Shown here: piece by piece, positions 35,994 to 48,240 of the stretch
How positions within the stretch are numbered: position 1 is the first letter of the stretch
How the letters are laid out: every line of letters starts with the position of its first letter
Assembly: GCA_020137815.1 (NCBI GenBank)
Contig: CM035361.1
Coordinates: 6,014,001 to 6,078,000 of the forward strand
DNA: 64,000 nt
Origin: Hormiphora californensis
Taxonomy: Eukaryota; Animalia; Ctenophora
Reading direction: 5' to 3'
Notes under the pieces: generated by a model
What the model was told of the DNA's origin: nothing
Seen by the model: only the letters and a program-made list of their open reading frames with translations
The model's database searches: none
Position numbers and translations under genes: made by a program

Positions 35994-37851
35994 CTAGAGG
36001 TAAATATATCTTTATCATTGCGTGGGAAGATTTGGAAGCTATTCATGCAGCTGCTGCAGCAGAGCTCTCGATGGGGTCACGTTCTAGCTCGATTTCAGCT
36101 GGGCATCTTGAGGATCGAATAGGGTGATGGAGAAGGGGAAAGGGGGGGGGAGAAAAGGGGGGGAAAAAGAGAGAGGGGAGGAAGGGGAAAAGGGGGGGGA
36201 AAAAGGGGGGAGGAGGGGAAAAGGGGGGGGATAGGGGGGGGGGGGGGGGGGGGGGGGGGAAAAGGGGGGGGGGGGAAAAGGGGGGGGCGGGGGGGGGGGG
36301 GGGGAGGGGGGAAAAAGGGGGGGGAAAAAAAAGGGAGGAAAGGCGGGGGGAAAAAAGGGGAAAAAAAAGAAAAGCCTTACTGGCTAATTCTCCTCTTTCC
36401 CCTCCCTCTTCCTTTTCTCTCCATTCTCTCTCTCTCTCCCCTCCTCTCTCCTCTCCCCCCCCCCCTCTCTCTCCCCCCTCCCTTCCCCTCCCCCCCCCTT
36501 TTTAAACAAAGGAGGGGAAAAAGCGCTTTGATTTTTTGGATGAAACCTCCGGCCCCCCCCCCCCCCCCCCTTTCAAATTTTAAAATTGGGAAAAAAAAAA
36601 AAATTTTTTTTAAAAAGGAAAAAGGTTTTTTAAAGGAATTTTTTAATGGCAGATTGGGAGAGACGGGAGAGAGAGTCTGAGGGAGCGAAGCGGGAGAAGA
36701 AGCTCGAAAGCAGCTGGGGACGAGAAATGGAGGAAAGCAAGCGGGATAGGTAGAAGAGAGAGAAAGAGAAGTAGAGAGAAGAGAGATGAGCGATTACTGC
36801 GCGGCTCTCTCTCTAACGGGAACGACTCTCTCCTCGACAGCGCTAACTCCTCCCCTCACTCGCTTAATCCGCCCCTTCCTCTTTACGCCTCGCTCGCCTC
36901 TCTCCTCTACCTTGCTCCTTCACTCATCTTGTCTTCGCTAATCTCTCCCCTCCCCCGCCCCTTCTCCATCCGTCCCCTCAACTCTCTCTCTCCGCTCTCT
37001 CTCTCCTCCTCTCCTCTCTCTTCATCTCCTCTCTCCGTTCTCTGGGTCTCTCTCTTCGCTCTCTCGATCGTCTCTCCTACTCTCCTTTCTACCCTTCTCT
37101 CTAGCATTCTTTACTCTCCCTCTCATATCTTCCCGTCTCTTCATCTTTCTCCTTCTTCTCTCCTCTCGGTCTCTCCCGATCTTACCATTTACAAAGCAGG
37201 ATATAATAGCGCTTTGATTTTAGGATTTTGAAATACCTTCCAGACCTTTCTCTCTCTTTATGTGAGAACGTTAAGAGAAATTATCAGTGATATATACCTA
37301 CTCAGAACGCATGCTTTTTCACCTACTAAGCTGTTTCATGTAGGACAAATTAGCAGCAAAGACTGCGAGAGAGGAAGGTATGGATTTCAAAACACAACAA
37401 CCAATCAGAACTAGTTATTTAGGTCACGTGACTGGTTATCAGCCAATCAGGGACCAGTATTTTCAAAACACAAAAGTTTTTCTGAACATATCGCTTGAAT
37501 GGCGATGAAAATAAATAGTTGCATGTCTATATGTTATTCAACGGTATATTAGGATAAAAAACGATATCTCTTTATATTTTTTATTTTTCCATAACTCAGC
37601 TCTTTGGTAACTTATATCCTCACACAAGTCATCTTATCTCGTCTTGTATAGTAATACACTCCTCTTATCTCTTTACACACGCTCTTTTGCAGAGATAAGA
37701 GGTGTTACTCTAACATTTCTTATCTCTTCACACACGCACACTTCTTATCTATCTTTTTGTTTGCAAATAACTCAATTCTTATCTCTATACTATTTCACTC
37801 TCTGTCACACACACTGTTTTCATTATATCGTATCTACATTCTACACACACG

Positions 37852-37899
37852 CAGTCGGACCCCGATTTACCGGAACCCCGATTTACCGGGGTCCGACTG
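37852..37899. mobile_element. 48-bp deletion derivative of the CAGTCGGACCCC MITE family
   Basis: CAGTCGGACCCCG ... CGGGGTCCGACTG; another degraded copy at about 48607-48665. Confidence 0.7.
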
Positions 37900-37950
37900 T
37901 ATAATATTATTTCTCAGCCCTCTCGTTGCACTCCTCGCATTGGAGCCTGG

Positions 37951-38266
37951 CAACCCGTGCCCTAAATCTCTCCAACCCGTGCCCTAAATCTCTCCAACCC
38001 GTGCCCTAAATCTCACCAACCCGTGCCCTAAATCTCTCCAACCCGTGCCCTAAATCTCTCCAACCCGTGCACTAAATCTCTCCAACCCGTGCCCTAAATC
38101 TCTCCAACCCGTGCCCTAAATCTCTCCGACCCGTGCACTAAATCTCTCCAACCCGTGCCCTAAATCTCTCCAACCCGTGCCCTAAATCTCTCTCCAACCC
38201 GTGCCCTAAATCTCTCCAACCCGTGCCCTAAATCTCTCCAACCCGTGCCCTAAATCTCTCCAACCC
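37951..38266. repeat. 22-bp minisatellite, about 14 copies
   Basis: Unit CAACCCGTGCCCTAAATCTCTC. Confidence 0.97.
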
Positions 38267-38514
38267 AGCTTCCTTGAAACCATAACACAATCCGTTCCGT
38301 TTTTCGAACACCAAAATGTGCTCAAATTCTTTCAGCCCTAAGACACCAAAATGTGCTTGAAACTCCAATTCTCACAGCCCTAAAAGACAGGAAGAGCGTT
38401 CAGTTTTACCTTAAAAATAGCAACATGTCTTACACCTGGCCCAGCCTAGCTGCTCTCACACATGGGTATACCATGAACACATATTAGTTTAGTGTGTCAT
38501 CAGTCAAAAGCATA

Positions 38515-38580
<66 letters not shown>

Positions 38581-38750
38581 ATTTTCTAACATTGTGAGCG
38601 TCCATAATAAAGTCTATCGCACTATCTTTCACAGTCTCTCCATGGCTCCATGGCTCAGAAACCAGCTTGGGCTTGAACTTTTTACAACATTGCATTCTAT
38701 GTCTCCATAGCAACTGAACACATCATGTGACGTCATATTGTGACGTCATA

Positions 38751-40867
38751 TCACGGTAACGTCACACTTGTTAAGATGAGTTCACAGCAGTGTATTTTGA
38801 ATTCCCGGACTTCTGCGCCGTGGTCCATACTTCTTCGGCTTCTGAAATGGTAAACACGGACCTTGTTTAACAACAGCAAGAAATGGGAGGTAGGAGGGGC
38901 CGGGGAGGGGGGGGGGGGAGGGGGCCAGGGAGGGGCGGGGGCGGGGAGGAGGGGCCGGGGAGAGGGGCCCGGGGAGGGGAGGGGGGCCGGGGAGGGGGGC
39001 GGGGAGGTAGGAGGGGGCCGGGGGGAGGGGGGGGAGGTAGGAGGGGCCGGGGAGGGGGAGGTAGGAGGGGCCGGGGTTGGGGGGCTGTACATCAGGGGAG
39101 GATTGGGATTTGATTGAGAAAAGGGGACAGAGTTAGAATATAGGCAGATAGTGTAGAAGTTGCAATATACTAACGAGGGTCTATGGAAGTTTAATAATAA
39201 TAAGTTGCTAGGAAATTAGATGAAATATTGGCCGAAGAAGAGTAGGTACAGATCAGTAGGGTCGCCAAGACGAAATAGAGTTCACCAATTGGAAAAGAAC
39301 ATGCAGGTTCTTCGACGTAGAAACTATTGCCAGTGACATGCTATACAAAACCGAATAACATTTGTTAGGGACATGCTATACAAAACCGTAGAACAGTTGT
39401 TAGGGTCATGCTATACAAAACCGCGCCGTATAACAGGGACATGCCACTATAACTAAGGAAATGCTAGACACAAGTAAACAACCAATCAGAGCTCGTTATT
39501 TAGGTCACGTGACTGGTTATCAGCCAATCAGGGACCAGTATTTCCTGATTCGGTCATGCCACTGCTAAGGAAATAAGTTGCTAGACACATGCCACCGTGC
39601 GAATTGATTTTATTTGATAAGAGCGGTTGCTATGGGAGTGAACCCCTGTTAGGGACGCACCGTGGTTGCCATGGGAGTGAACCCCTGTTAGGGACGCACC
39701 GTGGTTGCCATGGGAGTGAACCCCTGTTAGGGACGCACCGTGGTTGCCATGGGAGTGAACCCCTGTTAGGGACGCACCGTGGTTGCCATGGGAGTGAACC
39801 CCTGTTAGGGACGCACCGTGCGAGTTGAGCGAAGAAAGACCTGGAAAACCAAAAACACACACATGCTGAAGATAGACCATGTTAACCAGGAATGTGTTAA
39901 CACGATGACACGTGCAATAGAAATGTTAACTAATTCATGTTAACTAACATGACGTGCTAAAAAGAGCCGATAAACACACACATGCAAAAGAGAGAGAGTT
40001 TTAAAGATATCACGTTCAACCATGCCACATATTTTACAGGAACATTTAACATTAATTTAACATTTAACATGCTTTCCTAAGCAGGATATTGGTCCAACAA
40101 AAACATGATTTTAAATCAATTCCAAAATAAACACATGATTTGACAACGCGATTATTATGCGTGACATGTTTTTCATTTTGTCCCACGACATTGTTGTCCA
40201 TATAAAGATGGCTTCAAAAGTTATTTCTATTTCATAACATGCAAAAATTATTGCATATAATATAAAACTCACACAAAGACAGAAATATGGAACAGCCGCA
40301 GATACATCAGACGTATAACACATCAAGGAAGGAAAAGAGAGAGAAGAAGCAAGCTTCAGCAATTGGAATAGCGGACTAGGGGGGGGGGGGGTGTTGGGGG
40401 GCTTGTTTTGGGTACTTTTAGAGGGTTTTGGAGGGGGTACAGGGTGTTTGGTTTTTTTCTTGCTGTTTTTGTTCAAGGTCAGTGTTAACCATATATTTCA
40501 GAAGGACAGAAAATGTGCAGCAACCACCTCTCTCCTTCTCTCTCTTAAAAAAGATAAAGATAGTATCTTTATCTCTTTCTCTTTCCAGAGTTTGGAAGTT
40601 GTAAGAGTTGAGGGGAGGGGTGGATGCTGCATGTGGACAACACGACAATGAAATAGTTTTTGAAGAGGCCAATATCCTGCGTAATAAGGTTTTCATGCAC
40701 ATATCAATCTCTATCTTTCTATCTTTTTTTACTCCATTTGTCGTCAGTGGTGAGACAGCGGCACAGCATGATTCTGGAGTTCTATCTTTAGAAATGCTTT
40801 TTACCCGATGGATTGAATATTTTAAAGAAATAATTCAGAATGTGTTTTCGACAGATAGAGGTAGTGT

Positions 40868-40966
<99 letters not shown>

Positions 40967-42721
40967 AGAGAGAGAGTAAGAGAGAGGAATAAAAAGGGTA
41001 GGATAAATGATAATTTTGTGCTGCTGTACCGCTTGAAAGATGTCACATAATATGTCAGTAGAATTATTATAGGGGTCAGATAGTTTTCACTCCACAATTA
41101 ATTAATTACTTATTACTTAATAAGTTAATTAATTAACTAATTAATCAATTTACTCCTTTCCTCCTTGCCAAGAAAGAAGGAAAGAGACAACAGGGGTGAT
41201 AGAAGAATACAATTATTGTGCTGCACAGGTTTTTGTGTTTTTTGTTGAAAGAAACTTTACAGACAACACGCTTTTTAATGAAAATATGACAGTTGCTACA
41301 GTAAACCATTCTAAATTATATAAAAACAAGGGGAGTACTATATATTCCCCCCAAGATTATATATAATTTGGATATATATTCGAGCTTGGCGAGCGAGGCG
41401 ATATAGCACAGCGATATATAGTAGAGATAGAAAAAAAAGATAGCGATAGATTAAAAAAAAGTAAATTAGTTCTTACCTCCATCCTATTGAAGACATGGCG
41501 TGAGCGGGACACATGATTTTAACAGATTCCAGATCTGGATTTTCTTTTACCCAACCTGGAACGGAGGGCTGGTTAGAAGGTTAGGGGGTTAGTTAGAAGA
41601 TTGGGGAGGGGTGGTTAGAAGATCCGAGAGGGGGAAGAGAGGGAGGTTGAGAAAGTGGTCAGAAGATTGGGGGCACGATTGTGTAAAGTTGTTGAAACTA
41701 TTCCGATAGAGTTCAGAAAATAATGAATATTATTCCCAAAACTTACTGTCTTCAGGATGCCAGATGCAGTTCTTATGTTGTATCACCATCCCTGAATAGC
41801 CTGGTTCCCCCTTCTCTCCCCTCGTGCCCTTCTGGCCTGGCGTCCCTGGTTTACCCTGTCTGCCCTCCGGACCACGGTCTCCGGTGTCTCCCTGTGTGAA
41901 TGGGTCAGGTTAGACACGAAACAAAATGGTAAACCAATCAGAACTGCCGATAGTATAATATGCCGCATAAAATCTTGTAATAATTGGGGGATGTTAGATA
42001 TTTTTTCCACGGAACGAATTCCTAATAATTCTTTGCCGACAGGATATATAATATTTGACGGACCGTGATCCGATAAATGGGCAATTTTCCAAATCAGGAA
42101 CTATGTCGCCGGCAGGATTATATAGCTACAAAATATCATTCTGTCCCATCCCCATTACCTCTCAGATTTCTAGAAAGTTCCGCCCAATATTCCTGACCCC
42201 ATATAATTCTGTACCATGGGAGTGATATATAGACATTTTGAAGTCACGATCGAAGCACGAAGAAACTCTATGACTATTAACCCCGGATTTTAACCCCATA
42301 CAGCATTCCCCGTATTTTAATCTCATTCCGCATTTAACCCCCGGAATTTCAGAGCCCCCCCTAAAAACCCCCGGAATTTCAAACCCCCCACTGAACATTA
42401 CCTTAGGTCCAGCAGGTCCCGTAGCACCGTCTAGACCAGGTAAACCGTCGTAACCTGGCGGTCCTGGGAGAGAGAGGAAGGTTTTATTAAAGTAATTATA
42501 GATACATGTATTTGAATTAATTATACTCTAACTCTCTAAAAAGTACTAAAATCTGTTCAAATGCAATTCTTACCCCTTGGCCCCCTTTCTCCCCTCGGTC
42601 CTCTCAACTTGTTAGGAGGGCTGGCTGTGGGCTGGTTGGTAGTGGGGTAGTCTGTTGTGTAGACTGGATCCCTTTGGATTCCTCTCACTGCTGCCTGGTA
42701 GGACCCCGTCTGGGCTAACCA
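38751..42721 (-). CDS. Spliced short-collagen gene with a Cys-patterned (dermatopontin-like) C-terminal head; exons 42574-42721, 42402-42463, 41747-41891, 41477-41555, 38751-38841; 5' exon(s) not resolved
   Basis: All junctions are GT-AG with matching phases (1, 0, 1, 2). Joined frame: WLAQT...[138 protein letters not shown]. Confidence 0.85.
38885..39075. repeat. G-rich degenerate minisatellite (GGGAGGTAGGAGGGGCCGGGG)
   Basis: About 7 imperfect copies, intronic. Confidence 0.8.
39625..39819. repeat. 39-bp minisatellite, 5 copies
   Basis: Unit GGTTGCCATGGGAGTGAACCCCTGTTAGGGACGCACCGT. Confidence 0.97.
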
Positions 42722-42933
42722 CTGTCATGGGGGAAATGGGGGTTAGTCTGGGCTAACCACTGTCATGGGGAGATGGGGGTTAGTCTGGGCTAACCACTGT
42801 CATGGGGGAAATGGGGGTTAGTCTGGGCTAACCACTGTCATGGGGGAGATGGGGGTTAGTCTGGGCTAACCACTGCAAGGGGGAAATGGGGGTTAGTCTG
42901 GGCTAACCACTGTCATGGGGAGATGGGGGTTAG
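42709..42933. repeat. 37-38-bp minisatellite, 6 copies, spanning a splice acceptor of the collagen gene
   Basis: Minus-strand unit CTAACCCCCATTTCCCCCATGACAG|TGGTTAGCCCAGA. Confidence 0.9.
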
Positions 42934-44161
42934 TATTCTCGATTGAGGGGGCGGGATGGGGGTTAGTATAATTCTTTATTGAGGGGGGCCGGGGGGGGGG
43001 GGTAGTGATCTTGGGGGAAAGATCTTCATTTTACCATAAAAGAAGATGTGACTTATATTTACTAAGTAACTAAAAAAAGAAGGTTTTAGTGAACTTGACT
43101 GAGGGAAAGGAGTGGTTAGGTGGTTAGGAGGAAGTGGTTAGAAGGAATTGTGTAATGAGAAGGTAAATAATAAACTATTTTCAGTTCCACGGAAGGATAA
43201 AAGTATCTAAATTCCAGGCTTTCCGGAGGAGGGGACGGATGCATGCGGAAGAGGTCAGAGGGAGGGATAATAATAATGCTAGGGTAAAAAGTAGCCAGTT
43301 TACAGGCTTTCCAGACACGCGGGGAGAGGGAGGGGATTCCAGAGAGGGAGGGAGGGGACTAGGGAGGGGATTCCAGGATTTCCAGGGAGCGAGGGAAGGG
43401 ACAGGGCTACACGAGGGGAGAGTGAGGGATTCCAGGATTTCCAGAGCGGGGGGGGGGGGGGGGGGGGGGAATTGTTGCAAGGTTCACACAGACAGCGGGG
43501 CGTGCTGGGATGGGGGGGGGGGGGAGTATCTAATCTTGCGGTTAGGAACAATTCATTTTGGAGAGAGTTTGATCCTATTCAAGGGGGATTGAGGGGTCAC
43601 CGACCGACGTGTGAAGGGTGGTCAGCGGTATATAAGGGGGGGGATGTTTTGATCCTAGTTTGTTATGTTCTAACCCTCCTACCGGGGGGGCGTGTAGTGA
43701 GACAGGGTCAAACAAAGCCTAGTAAATCTATAAGGACAGGGATCAAACTAGGGTTCAGTCTGACTTTACCAGGATGCTCGGGGGAAAGGAATAAAAGGGC
43801 ATAATATATCGTTTTATAAGACTAAGGTTCTGTTGGGCGTGAGCCTGGTCAACACACACACATATCTCCCATGATGCAGACTGTAGGATAATATCTATTG
43901 GCTTACACTGCTAGAGGAGGTGTAAAGTGGCAAATTGACTGTTTTGTATGTAAACAAATTGGCACATGAACTTTTCATATGACAGATTAATAATAAATTG
44001 GGGATTTTAATTATAAATGAATCCAAATTAATCCAAATTAATCTGCAATCAGATTATTATTATTTTGATTTTCATTCTCAGTGAGATTGTTGTGTTCACA
44101 CGTGTGTAACTACACATTGTGTGTGTATTGTGCAGCTGACACTGGACAAACAAACCCTCAC

Positions 44162-44276
<115 letters not shown>

Positions 44277-45030
44277 TTCTCTCTCTCTCTCTCACTCTCC
44301 CTCTCTCACTCTCCCTCTCTCTCAAAACAATACCAGCCAATGCTAAGACCATGACGATGGGCCGAGAGCTGCTCCACTATAATTATACCCATACAAACAT
44401 GAACTGTCTACATTTTACGACTCTCTGCACTTCCTGACACAACAGTATCACCTCATCTACATAATATCGAGGATGTACCACTCGCAGCTTAAGTCAATAA
44501 TATTGGTGAATTGTTGTTATCGGCAACTGATGCAAGCATCTACCTTGATCTGCCGAACCTTCACAGGAGTGTCATTTTATGAAAATATAGTGTGAAAACA
44601 TTTAGCAGGCGGCAGGCGCCACATCTTCGTAAATACAGTGTGAGCCACACAACATATACCCCATCAAACCCCAAATTCTTCCTCCGTATCATGCACCCTA
44701 TGTGAACTCCAAATTGAATCAGGGATGGTATGTGTCAATTTTAGTAGGGTAATTAGGGGCAGCTGCTGCAGAGCAGGCTTATCACATGAGTATAACAGTA
44801 AATACTTTACACCTCACCTCACCAGTCACCTTACCAGTCACCTTACAAGTCACCTTACCAGTCACCTCACCAGTCATCACCTCACTCCCATACCATCACC
44901 TCACCTCACCTCATCACTAACCTCATAACACGCACCTCACGTCACCCCGTAATCACCATACAGTCACAGCACTGTCAACAGTACTCACCAGTCACTCACA
45001 TCAGTCACTCATCACCATCATCATCACTAT

Positions 45031-45130
45031 NNNNNNNNNNNNNNNNNNNNNNNNNNNNNNNNNNNNNNNNNNNNNNNNNNNNNNNNNNNNNNNNNNNNNN
45101 NNNNNNNNNNNNNNNNNNNNNNNNNNNNNN
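45031..45130. other. Assembly gap (100 N)
   Basis: N run. Confidence 1.
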
Positions 45131-46951
45131 GAATCCGTTAAAATTTACTTTAAATACCCGGGGTCTGGGGGAAATTTAACCAAAATGGTTCAACCACACC
45201 ACTTAAAAAGAATTTTTGGGTGTTTCCCAACGGCCCAAACACTGAGAGAGGAAAGGGAGAAGAAGGGGGAGAAGGGAGAGAGAAAAAGAGAAAAGAGAAA
45301 AAGGGAGGAGAAAAAGGAGAGAAAGAAAGGGGGAAGAAGACAAGGAGTTTCCCAGATTGAAAGGTAATTCGGAAAAATTACAATGGCCATCTTTTTGTCC
45401 TGGGGGGGGTGATTTTCTAAAAACCAAAGAATATTCAAGGTTTTAAGTTTCCATTTTGGGGCCCCAATACTTTGGCTGATAAATAAAACATATTCCAAAA
45501 AATTAAAAAAATTACCCCACAACTTCTAGACTATAGGTACTAGGTTTCAAAAACAATCATTTAAATTTCAAAACCAAAAGTATATAATATGTCAAAATTT
45601 TTGGGTTTTTGGGCGTACTTATTTTGATTCTGGAAATTTGGAGGCATAAAAATCACACCCCCTATATAAATATATTTTAGGCATCAAATCACCCCCTAAA
45701 AACATACTTGACAAGTTGGCAAAGATCCAGGCAAGTGAAAAAAAGGTGAGAAAAATGTGACAATGACGTAGTAGAACAACCTCCCCAAAGTTAACAGATC
45801 AAGATCACACAAGGGACACTGCACATGAACTGTGTGTATATCATGTTCCATACGTTAGTGGCCACGGAACAACTTCAGATGTGGACAGCATGCTCAAAGA
45901 GCGGGGGGGTCGGGGGGGACAGTATCTTTCGGTTGAAAGGGAAATGTTGGGGGAATGATTGGGCAATGACCCGGGTGAGGAAGGGAGAAGAAAATGCGCA
46001 AAAAAGACAGCAAGGAAAAAGATCGAGTTCCTCAAAAAAATAAACGCCTTTAAACTCTCCTCATCGAAAGCAGTTGGACAATAAAATTTTCCATATACCA
46101 GGGGAAATTTTTTCCACAGCTGGTCTACAATTTCCCTATCCCTTGGGGGAACTCTTCCCTTCCTCCTTTACAACAACTTACTACCCCCTTATTCTTCTTC
46201 TTTTGTATTAAAATTAGGTGGGGAATTTTCCCCCCAATTTGTCAGAAATTTTCGGGGAATCGATGGGGGGCAATGTCCGGTAAAGAACGAAAAGGGAAAT
46301 TTCCCCGATGAGGAAGCGGGGACAATAAAATTCGTATATTTGGAATTGTTGAAAAAAAAAGAACAATAATTTTTTTTTGGTTTCATCTTGACTTCGCATA
46401 TAATCGACATTTATCACTAAATTCCAGTGTAGTAACTGACTGAGTTGTTATGTTCTAACCCTCTTTTACATTTTCCCGTGTGGGGCACGGCGACATAGGG
46501 TCGAGCAAGACAATGATTGAGTGGGGGCGTATTCCCAACCCCTGGCCTTTCACCCAAGGCCCCTGGGGGCAGGTTTTAAAAAAAAGGTTTTTTGAAATTG
46601 GGTATGAATCAAAGCCTAAAAACAAAAACCCAAAACTAAAGACGCGGAGAAATTGGTAAATATCATGTTCGTTTAAATTTAAATTTTTGCAAAAACACGT
46701 CTCGACGTTCCTAAATGATTTGGACGGGGACACCTGATCAACAATCACCCCCCCCGTCCAATTGTATATCAAGGGGAAGAGAGAGAGAAGAGAGAGGAGG
46801 AAAAGAGGGGGAAGAGAAGAGGAAAAAGAAGAGAAAAAAAAGAGAGAGGGAGAGAGGGGAAAAGAGGGGGAGGAGGGGGGGGGGGGAGGAGAAGGAGAAG
46901 AAAAGGAGAGAGAGGAGAGAGGAGTGAAAGAGAAGTAAGGGGAAGAGAAAG

Positions 46952-47066
<115 letters not shown>

Positions 47067-47696
47067 GAGAGAGACAGAGAGACAGAGAGACAGAGATCTA
47101 AAGCATAAGACTTTCGGTGGAAACAAGGCATTCGCCCTCGCCAAATTGACGCCTGATTTCCCTAATGAACCAATGAACCGTGACGGTAATGAGCACAGTG
47201 AAATTACTCTGCATATGGCTTAAATTTAATTATTTAATATTCATCGGTATTGTACTTTGAAAGAGGGAAAGTATCGACTTTCGTTAATATGCATGGCACA
47301 GGGTGTGGTTTGCAATTAGATTCACGTATACAGATGAAGCTCTGTTATCGTGTTATCGACAAATTTATCATTCGAAGGAATTCGACCGTACCAAGGCAGA
47401 ACAAAATAAGGTTGATTATGTTTTTTGAGTTTTTAGCAAAGAACCCAAAGCAGAAGCGAAAGAATTCTAGACTGCAGCTTTATTAAAAGTTCCTTTGTGA
47501 CATTCTATTCCATCCACAGTCTGGAACACAGCCCGAAACACAGTCTAGCCAGGCAAGCAACATAAAGATATCATCCAGAATGAATTGATGTTTCAATTTA
47601 CAACTCCAACAGCTGCATATTGTCTTTGAAGACGCAATTCAAGTGCTATTGAGACGGTGAAAATGAATATGATGACATGTATACCAGCTCTCTCGC

Positions 47697-47804
47697 AGGA
47701 ACTGAACGAAACAAGTAAACAACCAATCAGAACTCGTTATTTAGGTCACGTGACTGGTTATCAGCCAATCAGGGACCAGTATTTCCTAATTCGGTCGGTT
47801 CCTG
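47697..47804 (+). mobile_element. ~108-bp dispersed TIR element (CAGGAACCGACCGAA...TTCGGTCGGTTCCTG), about 10 copies in the window
   Basis: Core CAACCAATCAGAACTCGTTATTTAGGTCACGTGACTGGTTATCAGCCAATCAGGGACCAGTA also at about 16770, 37398, 39478, 48306, 54417, 55580(-), 55804, 56801(-) and 60705. Confidence 0.9.
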
Positions 47805-48067
47805 ACATTCTGGCTGCAAATTGTCACCCTACACGTGACTACTGCAGTACATGTGATTTCAAAAAAAAGGGTTCACGTGATAAATCATTGAGATATTAGC
47901 TGGTTGTAACTGGGTGTGATTATAATGTAAATCTAGAACTGATATTATAATTCTGGGTGATTTTGATTCTAAAATTATTATTATCAGCACTTTGAAAATA
48001 AATCGCTGAATGTGAGAACTGAGAGGCATGCGATAATTTCATGTTATCATGCACCTTAGATCATGTA

Positions 48068-48240
48068 CAGTCGGACCCCGATTTAGTGGCCCCCGATTTA
48101 GTGGCACCCCGATTTAGTGACAGGATTTTTCCCCCGATCGATATAGGAAATTAATATTATTTGAACCCGATTTAGTGGCACCCCGATTTAGTGGCAGGAT
48201 TTTTTTCCCCCGAGGATGCCACTAAATCGGGGTCCGACTG
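48068..48240. mobile_element. Tc1/mariner-type MITE, same family as 586-764
   Basis: Same TIRs, TA on both flanks. Confidence 0.9.

Noticed and set aside
36040-36110. Additional CC-containing terminal exon (ELCCSSC)
   Set aside because: In-frame stop just upstream and no phase-2 acceptor in that frame.
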